Numbered from the stretch's first letter, positions 29,001 to 38,977 are shown. The stretch is 64,000 nt of DNA from Opitutales bacterium (GCA_049599475.1 JBMYOQ010000004.1:1-64000); one strand, 5' to 3'. The notes: generated from the letters alone by a model not told the origin. Numbers and translations: made by a program.

Positions 29001-29774
29001 TCCGACGATCCGAATAACCAAAGGCATCACTTCAGTCGCATTTCGAATCCATTGGTTGGCGGTGTCGCAGAGATTCCAGAGATCTCTCCGAACAATCTTT
29101 CGAATGATGCATTGTTTGCTGGATTTCGAAGCCTGACAGATGATCAGATTTCAGATTTGGCAAGATCTGTCGTCCGCGAAATACGATTGAGACGGTCGAC
29201 ATATGGACATCCGCACCTTTCGCTTAACGAATTTATTAATAGATCCATTGATTTGAACGACATAAACGATCCGTCTCGCAAGCGATTTGCGTATGTGGGA
29301 GGTCTGCAGTCCGCGATTGATTTCTCAGGCGTCAACGGGGATTCAATCATCGATGAGGAAGGAGACTATTCACTTGGTAGTGGAGATGGGCTCTGGGATT
29401 CTCAATATGCGGTGACTTTTACGCCCGCGGGGGATTCGGCTTATCATTTCGATTCAGTAGAATCTATCAAGAACCGTCCGGTTGCAGAGTCGATACCCGG
29501 CTTCCTGACACAGGCTGATATTCTTTCGAAGCTTGGAGCTATCATTACGCCTAGGAGTGACACTTTCACGATTAGAACATATGGAAGTGCTCTGTCTACG
29601 GATGGTGCAAATCCCACAACCGAAGCGTATCTCGAAGTCGTCGTTCAACGAACTGCTAATTACTTAGATCCTTCCGATCAAGATTACGAGAGCGCTTCTG
29701 CCACTCTGAACCAAGAGTTTGGTAGAAAGTTTAGAATCGTATCCAGTCGTTGGTTAGATGCAGATGAAATATAA
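26058..29774 (+). CDS. Large PilX/GspK-type prepilin-like protein (Verru_Chthon cassette protein A-like)
   Basis: QEG|FALIIALSLVSFL prepilin N-terminus lacking E5; GVDQRVTA, YAFWVSDEGVKA, GGFNINSTSV, RSDTFTIRTYG, FGRKFRIVSSRWL. Confidence 0.8.
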   Translation: MIKPHNPNMQPSRPQEGFALIIALSLVSFLLVIIVTMTATVVVEKKGGDANVGEMQARQHAKVAAVVALGDLQKYVGVDQRVTARGDILYDPDSSPIQGQAHWTGVWSSKLDPSGNPLNDSVDSDLGLDNHTPHWLVSGETPSFSPDAQVAVAVADSIEIASLGNSVELIDDHVRVPIVDILDENNDEVGAYAFWVSDEGVKARVNLSDQFHPDVSTDPFADFYRLAIPQQADPTVATIDRSGSLERPFLMSAFSGESGWKDTTSRVSRILGEEQLALLSDEMDKERIQREFFHDFSTSSVSLLTNTRDGGFKRDLSTALLSLPSDMANKLMFPSSDGIDDYGSSGTQPGDPGGPAWDQLSDYYKYSLQNMALAGTNTALNFRRPTNLQAGFAPVVVRFHIVEQTFARLAGADSTDALDYEYVSGTFPLITLWNPYDRDMTLPELGLNISASEWRVFHVDPNNVTSSGIQDICNGIIITKNFSSDGAVKTTEGGGSNEQLRFLTLESVTIPAGEAVNFTPPNNSYWGSGADDNMLKAGSSGTEIRGFFSTWKGTDSSLAGGTYLMFDSVSGLSNVRSSNSTNAISGSSYPRNNFYVALMTEPEKGSTASFDKRFQFHNFGGVVQPYNYLPRVVAVGTPSSPISSLTIDSPGSSRNAASASPSPVYVDDLQDHTYDPSAANYSGYFFGQTWIMNFGGANPAPRDVTWQNPNLLSQFNIRSSFVLPSMQHRVNYNSAFEYDYLTFHYGEESPISSNRHLNYMEGTDDISRNGNAYVGWGHASTVGNEKMILFESPVNPVLSIGQLSNANLENIESLSHHVRGSHERNQQGGVLSPSYPIGNSYANIHLPLYETRMNVQDANFFGDIGQTKSFKPLSGTAPHRGGIYDFSYELNQALWDTFYFSTMLPANATDSTIDPNAINFPLPNSRMRLADGAVNWSDLAIENRSAAQLLLDGGFNINSTSVVAWEAMLGALRDVDTLGLDSDDPNNQRHHFSRISNPLVGGVAEIPEISPNNLSNDALFAGFRSLTDDQISDLARSVVREIRLRRSTYGHPHLSLNEFINRSIDLNDINDPSRKRFAYVGGLQSAIDFSGVNGDSIIDEEGDYSLGSGDGLWDSQYAVTFTPAGDSAYHFDSVESIKNRPVAESIPGFLTQADILSKLGAIITPRSDTFTIRTYGSALSTDGANPTTEAYLEVVVQRTANYLDPSDQDYESASATLNQEFGRKFRIVSSRWLDADEI

Positions 29775-30579
29775 TTTAAATACACTATCAGGTCTGAAGC
29801 TCCTTTGTGCTGCATGTATCTTCGCGGGGATACTCGTTCCTCGCCCTGAATTAGATGCACAGAGTGCAGAGGAGCCAGGCTATACGTTTCAAGTAATTTT
29901 TCTGAACGACAAAAACAGCCGCGTTAACCAGTTTTATATAGTTCAAGGGATAGACTTGAAGTTCGAGGATAATGAAGAAGTTTTCCTCGTGGCCGTTCGA
30001 AATAACGGTATCTCACGGCACTTTAGTTACGACGGGTCACCAGTTCTTCAGTTCTTTGAGGAAATACCTTTGGCGGACGGGGAAGTGGAGCGAAAAACCA
30101 TACTTTCGTGTGATTTAGGCGCAGAGGGGGACAAAGTTATCGTTGTGGCCCCTCGTGATTCTGGACGATTGGCCGCGCAGGTTATCGATGCAAATACAGA
30201 CGTGTTTCCTCTAAGTACCTTTAGAGCCATCAACTATAGCACTGATAAGGTATATGCTAAGATCGATAATCAAACGAAGGTCTTAGACCCGCGCAGTCAC
30301 CATGATTTTAGTATTTCTGGTAGTGCTCCTCGACAGACAGTATTGACTACTATGGCTGCATACAACGATGGAGTTCCGTATCCTCTCGCAAACAATGGTA
30401 TCGTTTCTCGTAAAAACGAACGACAAATTCTCATAGTCTATCCGCGATCCGAAAACGACGGTATCCTCGACTATCGAGCCTTTAGATTAAGAGCTGCTCG
30501 AGGCGTCGTTCAAAATCGATCTGACCGTCCTTTGGCCTTGGTGGACACTCGCAAGCTATACGAACACAGCGAGGAATAA
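29758..30579 (+). CDS. Secreted hypothetical protein, partner of the pilin-like gene
   Basis: Start overlaps the upstream stop; signal peptide; beta-rich sequence. Confidence 0.7.
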   Translation: MQMKYNLNTLSGLKLLCAACIFAGILVPRPELDAQSAEEPGYTFQVIFLNDKNSRVNQFYIVQGIDLKFEDNEEVFLVAVRNNGISRHFSYDGSPVLQFFEEIPLADGEVERKTILSCDLGAEGDKVIVVAPRDSGRLAAQVIDANTDVFPLSTFRAINYSTDKVYAKIDNQTKVLDPRSHHDFSISGSAPRQTVLTTMAAYNDGVPYPLANNGIVSRKNERQILIVYPRSENDGILDYRAFRLRAARGVVQNRSDRPLALVDTRKLYEHSEE

Positions 30580-30592
30580 TTTTTTTATCACC

Positions 30593-33520
30593 ATGATTTT
30601 TATAAAAGGTAGTGTAAAAAAACTGCAAAATATATTTCTTAGTATCGTCGTATCGTGTGTTTGTCTGGGAAATACAGTTTTACCTGTACACGAGAGCGCG
30701 ACTAATGGCTCTGATAGAGGCCTTGCTCTTTATGGAAGTATAGAAGGGGCTCTTTATAGTATTAATACGGGGCTAACTGTTTCGAGGGTGAATATCGCCC
30801 ACAATACTTCGAGTGTGTATATCGTTGCTTCTAGCTACGAGGGGACCTTATTAGGAGTGTCTTACGAAGGCGATGTCCTCTGGGAAAACAAGCTTTCTGG
30901 CTTTATGAACCGCGATGTATGGGCTGCCGATATCACTGGGGATGGAGTTGATGAAATCTTGGCTGCGAATGCTGATGGAGCGCTTTATTGTCTGAGTGGC
31001 GAGGGTGAGGTCCTCTGGGAGTTTCGGCCTCATGAGGTTCCAATGAATGCGGTCGCAGTCGTGGAGCATGATGGGCATCCGGTTGTAGTCTGTGGAGGCT
31101 ATGATAATAATATATATTATTTGGATGCAACGGGACGTTTGATCAAGACAGTCGCTTCCTCAGTCTATTCTACTTTAACGACGTGGGGAGGCGGGAAAAA
31201 GCGGATGCCGCCTTCTCCGGCTCATATTGCAAATTTTATTCGTCCCGTAAGGATGGGGGAGCGCCAGGCAATCGCAGTGCATGGTGTCAATTTTAGTAAT
31301 AAAAGTAGTGGGCCTGTTTTCCTCTTCGATCCATTGGAAGAGACACCTTTTTACACATCGAAGCGCATGCCGTATAGCGCAGGTGATTTGCGTATCACGG
31401 ATTTGGACGGAGATGGTTTTGACGAAATTATTGGCGGCTCGTCGGGGATGATTCACGATGCTGGGGTCTCTATTTTGAGTTTGAGTGATTTTACCCTTAC
31501 AAATGCGGCGATTCATGATCTCAGAAACCGCGTGGCGGGATTTGGGTATCGTGTGGCTCAATCGATCCCTGTCAAAGACGGGACGGACGCTACAGTGAAG
31601 CTTTTAACTGCTTACGGCTCAGACTTTATCCTCTCAGATATGAGTCTTCAATTCGATCAGGCCGAGATCCTGAAGACGCCCATGTCGTTCAATGATTTGT
31701 GGCAAGACGAGCAGAGTGGCAAAGTCATCTTCGCGAGCGCGCAGAGCGGCGGAAGCTGCATTCATATATTGAATACAGAAAAGAATGGATGGAAAGAAGC
31801 TCTCCAAAACATAGGGCCACAGGGAAAGCTCGCGGAGATTCTGGAAAATACAGAGAAAGTCCATGCACTCGCTAAGGCTTACAAGAAGCCAAAGACAGCC
31901 CCGAAATCACGAACTGTATATATGCTTACGGAATCCTTGGGGAATGGCCTCAAGGAAACAGCTCTTAATTTGCAAGAGACCTACGGAAGCCCTGTTTTTT
32001 TGGATACATTTTATTCGCGCAACGTGGAAGATTGGGATCGGTCGAGTCTAGATAATGCTAAATATCGCGAGCGCCGAGATGCGCGCAGAGACTATCGCTT
32101 GAGTCAAGGCGAAGCCGAGTCTTTGATCCTTTCACATTATGATACAGACTTGGCGGGGCTGGCGTATTGGGGTGGCCACGGAAATGATCCGTACATGTTT
32201 CAAACGCAGACTCTGAAAAACGTCGCAAAGCGCGGTGCAGATCTTGGTAAGAAGACCGTTTTCATTTTTCCAGAGCTTGAACAGTGGGATGATAACTTTG
32301 CCTTTGTTTTAGATAATCATATTTATCCGCTTGCCGAAGTGGCACAAGAGCAGGGGGCCAAAGTCTATGTGCGGACGAAGCACACATTCTGGCAATCCAT
32401 CAATTATATGCCGTTGTGGTCGCGATTGATGTCAGGAGAATTTGCCGACACCTTCGTCCCCTCCATGGAGGAGACTACTGATAAATCCATGGAGCTAAGT
32501 GTTGCCGCCCGTCTAGGCGTGTGGGCGAGTGGGGCAGTAGACGATTGGGGCTCCCGAGCGGCGCGAGACAATCCGAGTTTCGATCGACTACGCGAATTTT
32601 CTCATCAGAAGACTCCGAGCCATTTCCTTCGCGCCCAAGTCTACAACATCGCTCTGGGAGCTACCTATCAGAATAATTTCCCGACAAATCAACGCTTCTT
32701 CAGTGTGATCTATGATCTCATCGCCAAGGGAATTTTGTATGTCCCTGAGCGTGACCAAATTGTGAGCTTCAATCCTGTTCACCTGAGCATGGTCGAGCCC
32801 GATCCTCTATACGTGGATCAGGGGAACAATGTGAAATGGTTGACCATGTATGATGCGTCTTTCGAGGCGGAAAATCCGATGGTCTTCGGGCGTTTGGATG
32901 GATCGTGGCCAGGTTCTCCCGTGAACGAATGGGATTTCTCAAGATACGCGGCAGATGCCCATGAACGGCGCCTGAATTTTCTTCCTAAATATCCTAATGG
33001 AGTTGTCATGATCACCCCACCACAGCGTGGAAAGCATCGCGATACTGAAGCGATTCGCGGAAACTTAAAGGATAACCTGCACCCCTTGTATCGAAATATT
33101 CTACGCGAGTATTTTACAGACGGGAGAGATTATATTTCGGCGGATGGAAATCACCGGATCGCGGCGCCCAAATACGCGGAAACAATCGAGCAGGATATTA
33201 AAAACTCAGCGAAATTCCTCCCACTCACGGTGGAAGGCGAAGTGGCCTGGGTGACTGCTGAACCTGCCCCGGGCACACTGCGCCTTACCTTGGTCGAGAA
33301 TGGGTATTTAAATCCGAATGCACAAACCGCGAAGATTAGATTTAACACCATCCGCCCGAAGTCTATTCGAGATGTTCTAACAGGAGAGAGTATTCCTTTC
33401 GAACGCGATGGAACGGCCTCTGTCGAAGTGCCCCTCGGACTCTTCAAGTTTCTCGAAATAGAATACAGTGGCTCTCTCGTAGAAGCGGCTGCGGCATATT
33501 CTTATCACCAGCGCAATTAG
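30593..33520 (+). CDS. cglA: Lambda-carrageenase-like protein (GH150, CglA-like)
   Basis: 975 aa; N-terminal beta-propeller IVASSYEGTLLG..LWENKLSGFMN..DITGDGVDEILAANADG; WGGHGNDPY, PSMEETTDK, RDNPSFDRLR recognised as CglA-family sequence. Confidence 0.82.
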   Translation: MIFIKGSVKKLQNIFLSIVVSCVCLGNTVLPVHESATNGSDRGLALYGSIEGALYSINTGLTVSRVNIAHNTSSVYIVASSYEGTLLGVSYEGDVLWENKLSGFMNRDVWAADITGDGVDEILAANADGALYCLSGEGEVLWEFRPHEVPMNAVAVVEHDGHPVVVCGGYDNNIYYLDATGRLIKTVASSVYSTLTTWGGGKKRMPPSPAHIANFIRPVRMGERQAIAVHGVNFSNKSSGPVFLFDPLEETPFYTSKRMPYSAGDLRITDLDGDGFDEIIGGSSGMIHDAGVSILSLSDFTLTNAAIHDLRNRVAGFGYRVAQSIPVKDGTDATVKLLTAYGSDFILSDMSLQFDQAEILKTPMSFNDLWQDEQSGKVIFASAQSGGSCIHILNTEKNGWKEALQNIGPQGKLAEILENTEKVHALAKAYKKPKTAPKSRTVYMLTESLGNGLKETALNLQETYGSPVFLDTFYSRNVEDWDRSSLDNAKYRERRDARRDYRLSQGEAESLILSHYDTDLAGLAYWGGHGNDPYMFQTQTLKNVAKRGADLGKKTVFIFPELEQWDDNFAFVLDNHIYPLAEVAQEQGAKVYVRTKHTFWQSINYMPLWSRLMSGEFADTFVPSMEETTDKSMELSVAARLGVWASGAVDDWGSRAARDNPSFDRLREFSHQKTPSHFLRAQVYNIALGATYQNNFPTNQRFFSVIYDLIAKGILYVPERDQIVSFNPVHLSMVEPDPLYVDQGNNVKWLTMYDASFEAENPMVFGRLDGSWPGSPVNEWDFSRYAADAHERRLNFLPKYPNGVVMITPPQRGKHRDTEAIRGNLKDNLHPLYRNILREYFTDGRDYISADGNHRIAAPKYAETIEQDIKNSAKFLPLTVEGEVAWVTAEPAPGTLRLTLVENGYLNPNAQTAKIRFNTIRPKSIRDVLTGESIPFERDGTASVEVPLGLFKFLEIEYSGSLVEAAAAYSYHQRN

Positions 33521-33593
33521 ACCCGAACGCAGGTTTCTTCTATCTTATAACATTTCTCAAAAGTGTTCTCGTCTCCTCTTACTCATCTGAGCT

Positions 33594-33662
33594 GTAGCCA
33601 CGGCACTCCGCGGCTGTACCATTCGGCGTAGACGTTCAGGGAGCAATCGTAAACGCGGTTAC
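33594..33662 (+). repeat. Degenerate REP family A element
   Basis: gtagccacggcactccgcggctgt with a distal inverted end cgcggttac. Confidence 0.55.
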
Positions 33663-33683
33663 AACTTCACACATATAGAGTCT

Positions 33684-35240
33684 GTGCATTTACGTTCTAG
33701 AATTCTAATTCTCCTTTGTTGCGCCTTGGTTGCTGCCTTCCTTAGAGCGGATACTTACAGGCCAAATGTTATCGTAATCATCGTGGATGATCTCGGCTAT
33801 GCGGATATGGCATTTTTACCTCAGTCGCCAGACGATGTGCGATCTTATGGTACGCCTGGATTCGATACCTTGGCGAGCACGGGTATGTATTTCGAAAATG
33901 CATACTCGACTTCCCCCATTTGCAGTCCATCTCGGGCTGGGCTAATCACAGGACGCTATCAACAACGCTGGGGGAATTACTGGTATAATGAAGGCGGGCT
34001 GCCTGCTGAAGAGTTAACGATTCCTGAAGTACTGAGTGCCCATGGATACGTAACCGCCAAAATAGGCAAAACGCATCTCAATGGTGGCCCTAAAGAATTT
34101 CCCACTGAGCATGGCTTCGATTCATATCTAGGATTCGTGCATCATACTTGGGATTACATCCGCCTGAGCCAGAAAGATGTCGATGCGTATCGGAGCCGAG
34201 ATGCCTTTCAGGGCTTTGGAGCCCAAATTATTGGACCTCTGGTGTCTGCCAAAGGCCAGGGGACGCGGCGTTTCCAGGCCGAGAAAGTGTCCTATGAAAA
34301 TGGATTCACCACGGAGATCTTTACGGACGAGGCCGTCCAATTTATCGAAAGCGACAAAGGGGAAAAGCCATTCTACCTTCATATTGCCTACAACGCGGTG
34401 CATCATCCGACATACGTCGTGAGCGAGAAGTGGGCGAAGGTTACGGGTGCGCGCTATGTGCCCTGGGATCGTCATGCTGAGCAGTGGGAATATCCTTATT
34501 GGGAACCGGAAAAAGAGACTAATCGCGCCTTTCACAAAAAATGGGGGCACATGGGAGAAATCGATGTAGACGGCCGCCGTTGCTATTTAGCGAACCTGCT
34601 CGCCCTAGACGACGGCATTCAGCGGATTTTGAGATCGCTGGAAGAATCAGGACAGCGTGACAATACTGCCATTTTCTTCGTTTCTGATAATGGCGGAACG
34701 ATCAATACCTACGCCAACAATACGCCCTTGAGCGGCTATAAATATATGTTCGGCGAAGGGGGAATCCGGATACCGATGATCGTCTCTTACCCCGAGGCGG
34801 TGTCTTCTGGAGTAAACGAATCCTCCATAGTTTCTACAATGGATCTATTTCCAACGATTATGGATTGGGCCGGCATCGCGATACCGGAAAATCTCGATGG
34901 TAAGAGTCTTCTAAAAGTTCTCGATGCGGGAGAAGGGGAGCACCATGAGTATATCGCGTGGGCGCAAAACCGGGACAAATGGGTCATCCGGCGAGGAAAA
35001 TGGAAACTCACACACAATGCTAAATGGTATCACCGCGATTTCAAAATTCTGGATAATGGCGATGTCGTGGACAACGGAAGCATTACCTACCCAGACGGCG
35101 TTCAGCTCCTTGATTTGGTCAATGACATCGGTGAAAGCACTAATGTCGCCCAGCTTTACCCAGAAGTGGTTGAAGACCTTTTAAAATTGCAAGAGCGGTG
35201 GGCCTCAGAAATGTCCGATCCCGTTAAAATGAAACGATGA
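33684..35240 (+). CDS. S1 sulfatase, secreted
   Basis: RPNVIVIIVDDLGY, CSPSR, IGKTH, SDNGG, EGGIRIP. Confidence 0.93.
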   Translation: MHLRSRILILLCCALVAAFLRADTYRPNVIVIIVDDLGYADMAFLPQSPDDVRSYGTPGFDTLASTGMYFENAYSTSPICSPSRAGLITGRYQQRWGNYWYNEGGLPAEELTIPEVLSAHGYVTAKIGKTHLNGGPKEFPTEHGFDSYLGFVHHTWDYIRLSQKDVDAYRSRDAFQGFGAQIIGPLVSAKGQGTRRFQAEKVSYENGFTTEIFTDEAVQFIESDKGEKPFYLHIAYNAVHHPTYVVSEKWAKVTGARYVPWDRHAEQWEYPYWEPEKETNRAFHKKWGHMGEIDVDGRRCYLANLLALDDGIQRILRSLEESGQRDNTAIFFVSDNGGTINTYANNTPLSGYKYMFGEGGIRIPMIVSYPEAVSSGVNESSIVSTMDLFPTIMDWAGIAIPENLDGKSLLKVLDAGEGEHHEYIAWAQNRDKWVIRRGKWKLTHNAKWYHRDFKILDNGDVVDNGSITYPDGVQLLDLVNDIGESTNVAQLYPEVVEDLLKLQERWASEMSDPVKMKR

Positions 35241-35383
35241 CGCTTTATGATATCTGCTAGGAAATCGCTATGTTTGGTATTCGTGTAGGTAGTTCGAATG
35301 TCAGAGTGGACAATCTATCTCATCGCTTGACTGTGAACACGTCCCGGGTTTCTGTCTCTCAATCATTCGGCTAGTAGAAGGGA

Positions 35384-35429
35384 CTCGTCAGATGACTAGA
35401 TGACCTAGTGGAAGGTGTCGTGTTATTAT
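35384..35429 (+). promoter_or_regulatory. Activator-type promoter: palindrome CTCGTCA-GA-TGACTAG + extended -10 TGtTATTAT
   Basis: Palindrome 35384-35399; TATTAT at 35424-35429 (24-nt spacer). Confidence 0.65.
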
Positions 35430-35437
35430 GTTCACAC

Positions 35438-36862
35438 ATGAGCACGAGAATCACCCCGAATTTCCCGCTATTCCCCTGCCTTTTGCTCCCGATTTTATTT
35501 ATCTCGCTTACCCTGAGATCGTGGTCGGCTGAGAGACCCAATATCATCTTCATTCTCGCGGATGATCTGGGATATGGTGATCTGAGCTGTTATGGGCAGG
35601 AGAAATTTGAGACACCGCATATCGACAAGTTGGCTGAGAACGGAATGCTGTTTACCGATCATTACTCGGGGAGTGCAGTTTGTGCGCCTGCTAGGAGCTC
35701 TCTGTTGACTGGCTTGCACACGGGCCGCACACCGATCCGTGGAAATGCAGAGCGCTTTCCAGAAGGGCAGGTGCCTCTGCCTGCATCGACGTTCACCGTT
35801 GGTCACTTTTTGCAGCGCTATGGATATAAAACCGGCGTATTTGGTAAGTGGGGCTTGGGCTACCCAGGCAGCGAAGGGGATCCGCTACAAATGGGGTTTG
35901 ATCGGTTTTATGGATACAATTGTCAAAGGATGGCGCACAGTTATTACCCCGCTTGGTTGTGGGATGATGATCAACGCGAGTATCTTTGGGGCAATACGCG
36001 ATCGTTTCAAAAACAGGACTACGCGCCCGACTTTATCCATAAGGAAGTGCTAAACTTTATCAGTGATAATCAGGAGAACCCATTCTTTATTTACTATGCA
36101 GCTGTGCAGCCTCATGCCGATATGGATGCTCCCGATGAAGCTATTGCTGAGTTTCGAGGAAAATTTCCAGGTGAGAAACCGGAGCCAGAAGGCTACTATA
36201 TTGGCCAGGAAGAGCCATATGCGGCGTTTGCTGCGATGGTAACGATTCTGGATAATTATGTGGGTGATCTAGTGTCAGAGCTCGAGCGCCTGGGCATTGC
36301 GGAGGATACCTTGATAATCTTTTCTTCGGACAATGGACCTCATGACGAAGGCGGCGCCGATCCGGAGTATTTTAATTCTAATGGTAAATTTCGTGGCATA
36401 AAGCGTGACCTCTACGAAGGGGGCGTTCGCGTGCCGATGATCGCGCATTGGCCAGGGAGAATTTCCCCAGGCTCGGTATCAGACCATCCTTCGGCATTTT
36501 GGGATTTCTTCCCGACGGTGGCCGACTTGCTTAAAAAGCCCGTTCAAGCGCCGATGGATGGATTGTCCTTTGTGCCGACCCTGCTGAATGAGGGACAACA
36601 GGAGCAGCACCGATATTTGTATTGGGAATTTCCTCAAAGAGATGGGCGTGTAGCTGTTCGTGCAGGAAAATGGAAGGCCGTCCGCTATAAGCTGAAACAC
36701 AAGAATCCAGGAGCATTCGAGTTGTATGACCTGGAGAATGATCCAGGCGAGACAGTCAACCTGGCGACTGACCACCCAGAGATTGTGAAGACAATGCAGG
36801 CATATATCGAAGAGGCACATACGCCGACGACCTATCCGCAGTTTACGCTCGATGTAAACTGA
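35438..36862 (+). CDS. S1 sulfatase (arylsulfatase-type), secreted
   Basis: Likely ATG at 35438; RPNIIFILADDLGYG, CAPAR, GKWGLG, SSDNGP, EGGVRVP. Confidence 0.93.
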   Translation: MSTRITPNFPLFPCLLLPILFISLTLRSWSAERPNIIFILADDLGYGDLSCYGQEKFETPHIDKLAENGMLFTDHYSGSAVCAPARSSLLTGLHTGRTPIRGNAERFPEGQVPLPASTFTVGHFLQRYGYKTGVFGKWGLGYPGSEGDPLQMGFDRFYGYNCQRMAHSYYPAWLWDDDQREYLWGNTRSFQKQDYAPDFIHKEVLNFISDNQENPFFIYYAAVQPHADMDAPDEAIAEFRGKFPGEKPEPEGYYIGQEEPYAAFAAMVTILDNYVGDLVSELERLGIAEDTLIIFSSDNGPHDEGGADPEYFNSNGKFRGIKRDLYEGGVRVPMIAHWPGRISPGSVSDHPSAFWDFFPTVADLLKKPVQAPMDGLSFVPTLLNEGQQEQHRYLYWEFPQRDGRVAVRAGKWKAVRYKLKHKNPGAFELYDLENDPGETVNLATDHPEIVKTMQAYIEEAHTPTTYPQFTLDVN

Positions 36863-36894
36863 GGTGCAACTGACTCACTTGAATTTCAAATACA

Positions 36895-37563
36895 ATGAAA
36901 ATACACTTTCACATTCTGCTCTCGCTGGTATCGACCTGCCTCATTGCCGGGGAGGTCCGCTTGTTTAACGGCACTGATATTAACGGCTGGGTTAAGATCG
37001 GTGGAAAGGCTACATTCGCAGTCGAAGATGGCGCTATCGTAGGCACCACGACGCGGCGTACCCCCAATACCTTTTTGTCGCCTCCAGGCGTCTACAGCGA
37101 TTTCCTTTTAGAGTTCGAAGTGAAGTGCGATCGTGGTTTCAATTCAGGAGTACAAATCCGCTCCGTTACCGAGGAGACAGACATTTCAGAAAGAGTGACA
37201 GGTAAACCGCTCGAGAAAGCGAAGATGCACCTAAAACGCGCGGGTATCATGGGCCCCCAAGTGGAGATCGCCGATAATGGTCGAGCTGGGGGCGTCTTTT
37301 TCGAAGGTGCAGGATTTTGGATACAAAAGCCGACCGCTTCCGAAGCGATTGATGCATATGAGCCGGATGGCTGGAACCATTACAAAATCATGGCTCAAGG
37401 AACACGTATACAGACCTGGATTAACGGTGTTCCGGTGATCGATATTGAAGAGGAATCATCGGGGCTGAAATCTGGCATCATCGGCCTGCAGGTCCACAGC
37501 ATCGGCAAGAAAGAAGCGGAATACCAAGTCCGCTGGCGTAATATTACTATACGCGAGCTTTAA
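36895..37563 (+). CDS. DUF1080 (3-keto-disaccharide hydrolase family) protein
   Basis: LFNGTDINGW, DFLLEFE, NSGVQIRS, WNHYKI, GIIGLQVH, WRNITIREL; signal peptide. Confidence 0.9.
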   Translation: MKIHFHILLSLVSTCLIAGEVRLFNGTDINGWVKIGGKATFAVEDGAIVGTTTRRTPNTFLSPPGVYSDFLLEFEVKCDRGFNSGVQIRSVTEETDISERVTGKPLEKAKMHLKRAGIMGPQVEIADNGRAGGVFFEGAGFWIQKPTASEAIDAYEPDGWNHYKIMAQGTRIQTWINGVPVIDIEEESSGLKSGIIGLQVHSIGKKEAEYQVRWRNITIREL

Positions 37564-37588
37564 TAATAGCACTAATCAGGTTTTTCCC

Positions 37589-38947
37589 ATGAACACTTCT
37601 CGGCGTCGTTTTATTCAATCAGGATTGCTTGCGGGGACCGCAGTTTCCTTTCCTAATATCCATACACATCTCCTCGCTCAGTCTCCGAATCAGAAGCTGA
37701 ATATCGCGGTCGTGGGTGTGGGCAATATGGGCATCTATGCTGTGAAGGCTTCTGCTAAGGAAAACATTGTGGCCTTGTGCGATGTTGATTCCGTGGTGGC
37801 AGCTCGCCCTTTCAAGTGGTATCCCAATGTTCCTCGCTTTACCGATTTTCGAGTGATGCTCGACAAGATGGGGAATGAGATTGATGCGGTGTGTATTTCA
37901 ACGCCCGATCATACCCATTTTCCAATAGCTATGGCTTGCATGGAGCTGGGGAAACATGTCTTCGTGCAGAAACCTCTTGCCCACAATATATGGCAGGTCC
38001 GCACTCTGCAGAGGGCGATGCATTACTACAAGGTAGTGACGCAGATGGGCAACCAGGGGCATTTCTTCTCTGGGATGAATCGTATTAAGGAATGGGTCGG
38101 CGCCGGTGTGATTGGCGATGTGACACGTGTGGACACATGGACGAATCGCCCCCGTGAGCCGTGGTTTCGTAGGCCGACTTCAGTGCCCCCGGCGTCTCAT
38201 GCCGCTCCGGATAGCCTTGATTGGGACTTATGGTTGGGGCCAGCAAAATACCGGGACTATAGTCCCGAGTATGTACCCAAATTATGGAGAGGTTGGTGGG
38301 ATTTCGGCTTAGGTTCCTTGGGAGACATAGGGTGCCATACGTTTGATGCTCCTTTCTGCACGCTCGGCCTCGGTATGCCTACCAAGGTCGAAGTCGATAT
38401 CAAGGAAGGTTCCGAAGGTTCGGATGCTTATATACCCTGGGGCGCGAAGACCACCTATCACTTTCCAGCGCGTGGAGATGCGCCTCCGGTTGTCATGACC
38501 TGGTATGAGGATGGACATCCTGTGCCGACTCCTGAGGGGTGGGAGGGCAAATTCTATCCAAAGGGTGGAGGAATGGTCATGTATGGATCTAAGGAGACTC
38601 TTTTCCATTATGATATGCGCCCGGAAAGCCCCCAATTTTTACCCAAGGAACGATTCGACGTGCTGAAGCCTGAGCTGCGTGAAATTCCACGTATACCCAG
38701 TGTAAAAGGTCCAATAGAACAATGGATACGTGTCATCAAAGGCGAAGAGTCTGAGGCGGGCTCTAATTTTGATTATGCGGGTCCGTTGACTGAGGTAGTA
38801 CTACTCGGTGCTCTCGCTCAAAGGCTCGGTAAGACGATTGAATATGATTTCGAACGTATGGAAATTACCAATATTTCTGGATTGGATCACCTCATCAAAG
38901 AGCCCGCTAGGGAAGGGTGGTCCTACGGCGAAAAACTTTGGCCTTAG
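37589..38947 (+). CDS. Tat-exported Gfo/Idh/MocA oxidoreductase
   Basis: SRRRFIQ Tat motif; STPDHTH, KHVFVQKP, TQMGNQ, WDLWLGPA, WRGWWDFG, GDIGCH. Confidence 0.92.
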   Translation: MNTSRRRFIQSGLLAGTAVSFPNIHTHLLAQSPNQKLNIAVVGVGNMGIYAVKASAKENIVALCDVDSVVAARPFKWYPNVPRFTDFRVMLDKMGNEIDAVCISTPDHTHFPIAMACMELGKHVFVQKPLAHNIWQVRTLQRAMHYYKVVTQMGNQGHFFSGMNRIKEWVGAGVIGDVTRVDTWTNRPREPWFRRPTSVPPASHAAPDSLDWDLWLGPAKYRDYSPEYVPKLWRGWWDFGLGSLGDIGCHTFDAPFCTLGLGMPTKVEVDIKEGSEGSDAYIPWGAKTTYHFPARGDAPPVVMTWYEDGHPVPTPEGWEGKFYPKGGGMVMYGSKETLFHYDMRPESPQFLPKERFDVLKPELREIPRIPSVKGPIEQWIRVIKGEESEAGSNFDYAGPLTEVVLLGALAQRLGKTIEYDFERMEITNISGLDHLIKEPAREGWSYGEKLWP

Positions 38948-38977
38948 ATGCTATAGATTTCTTAAAGCCCTATTACT

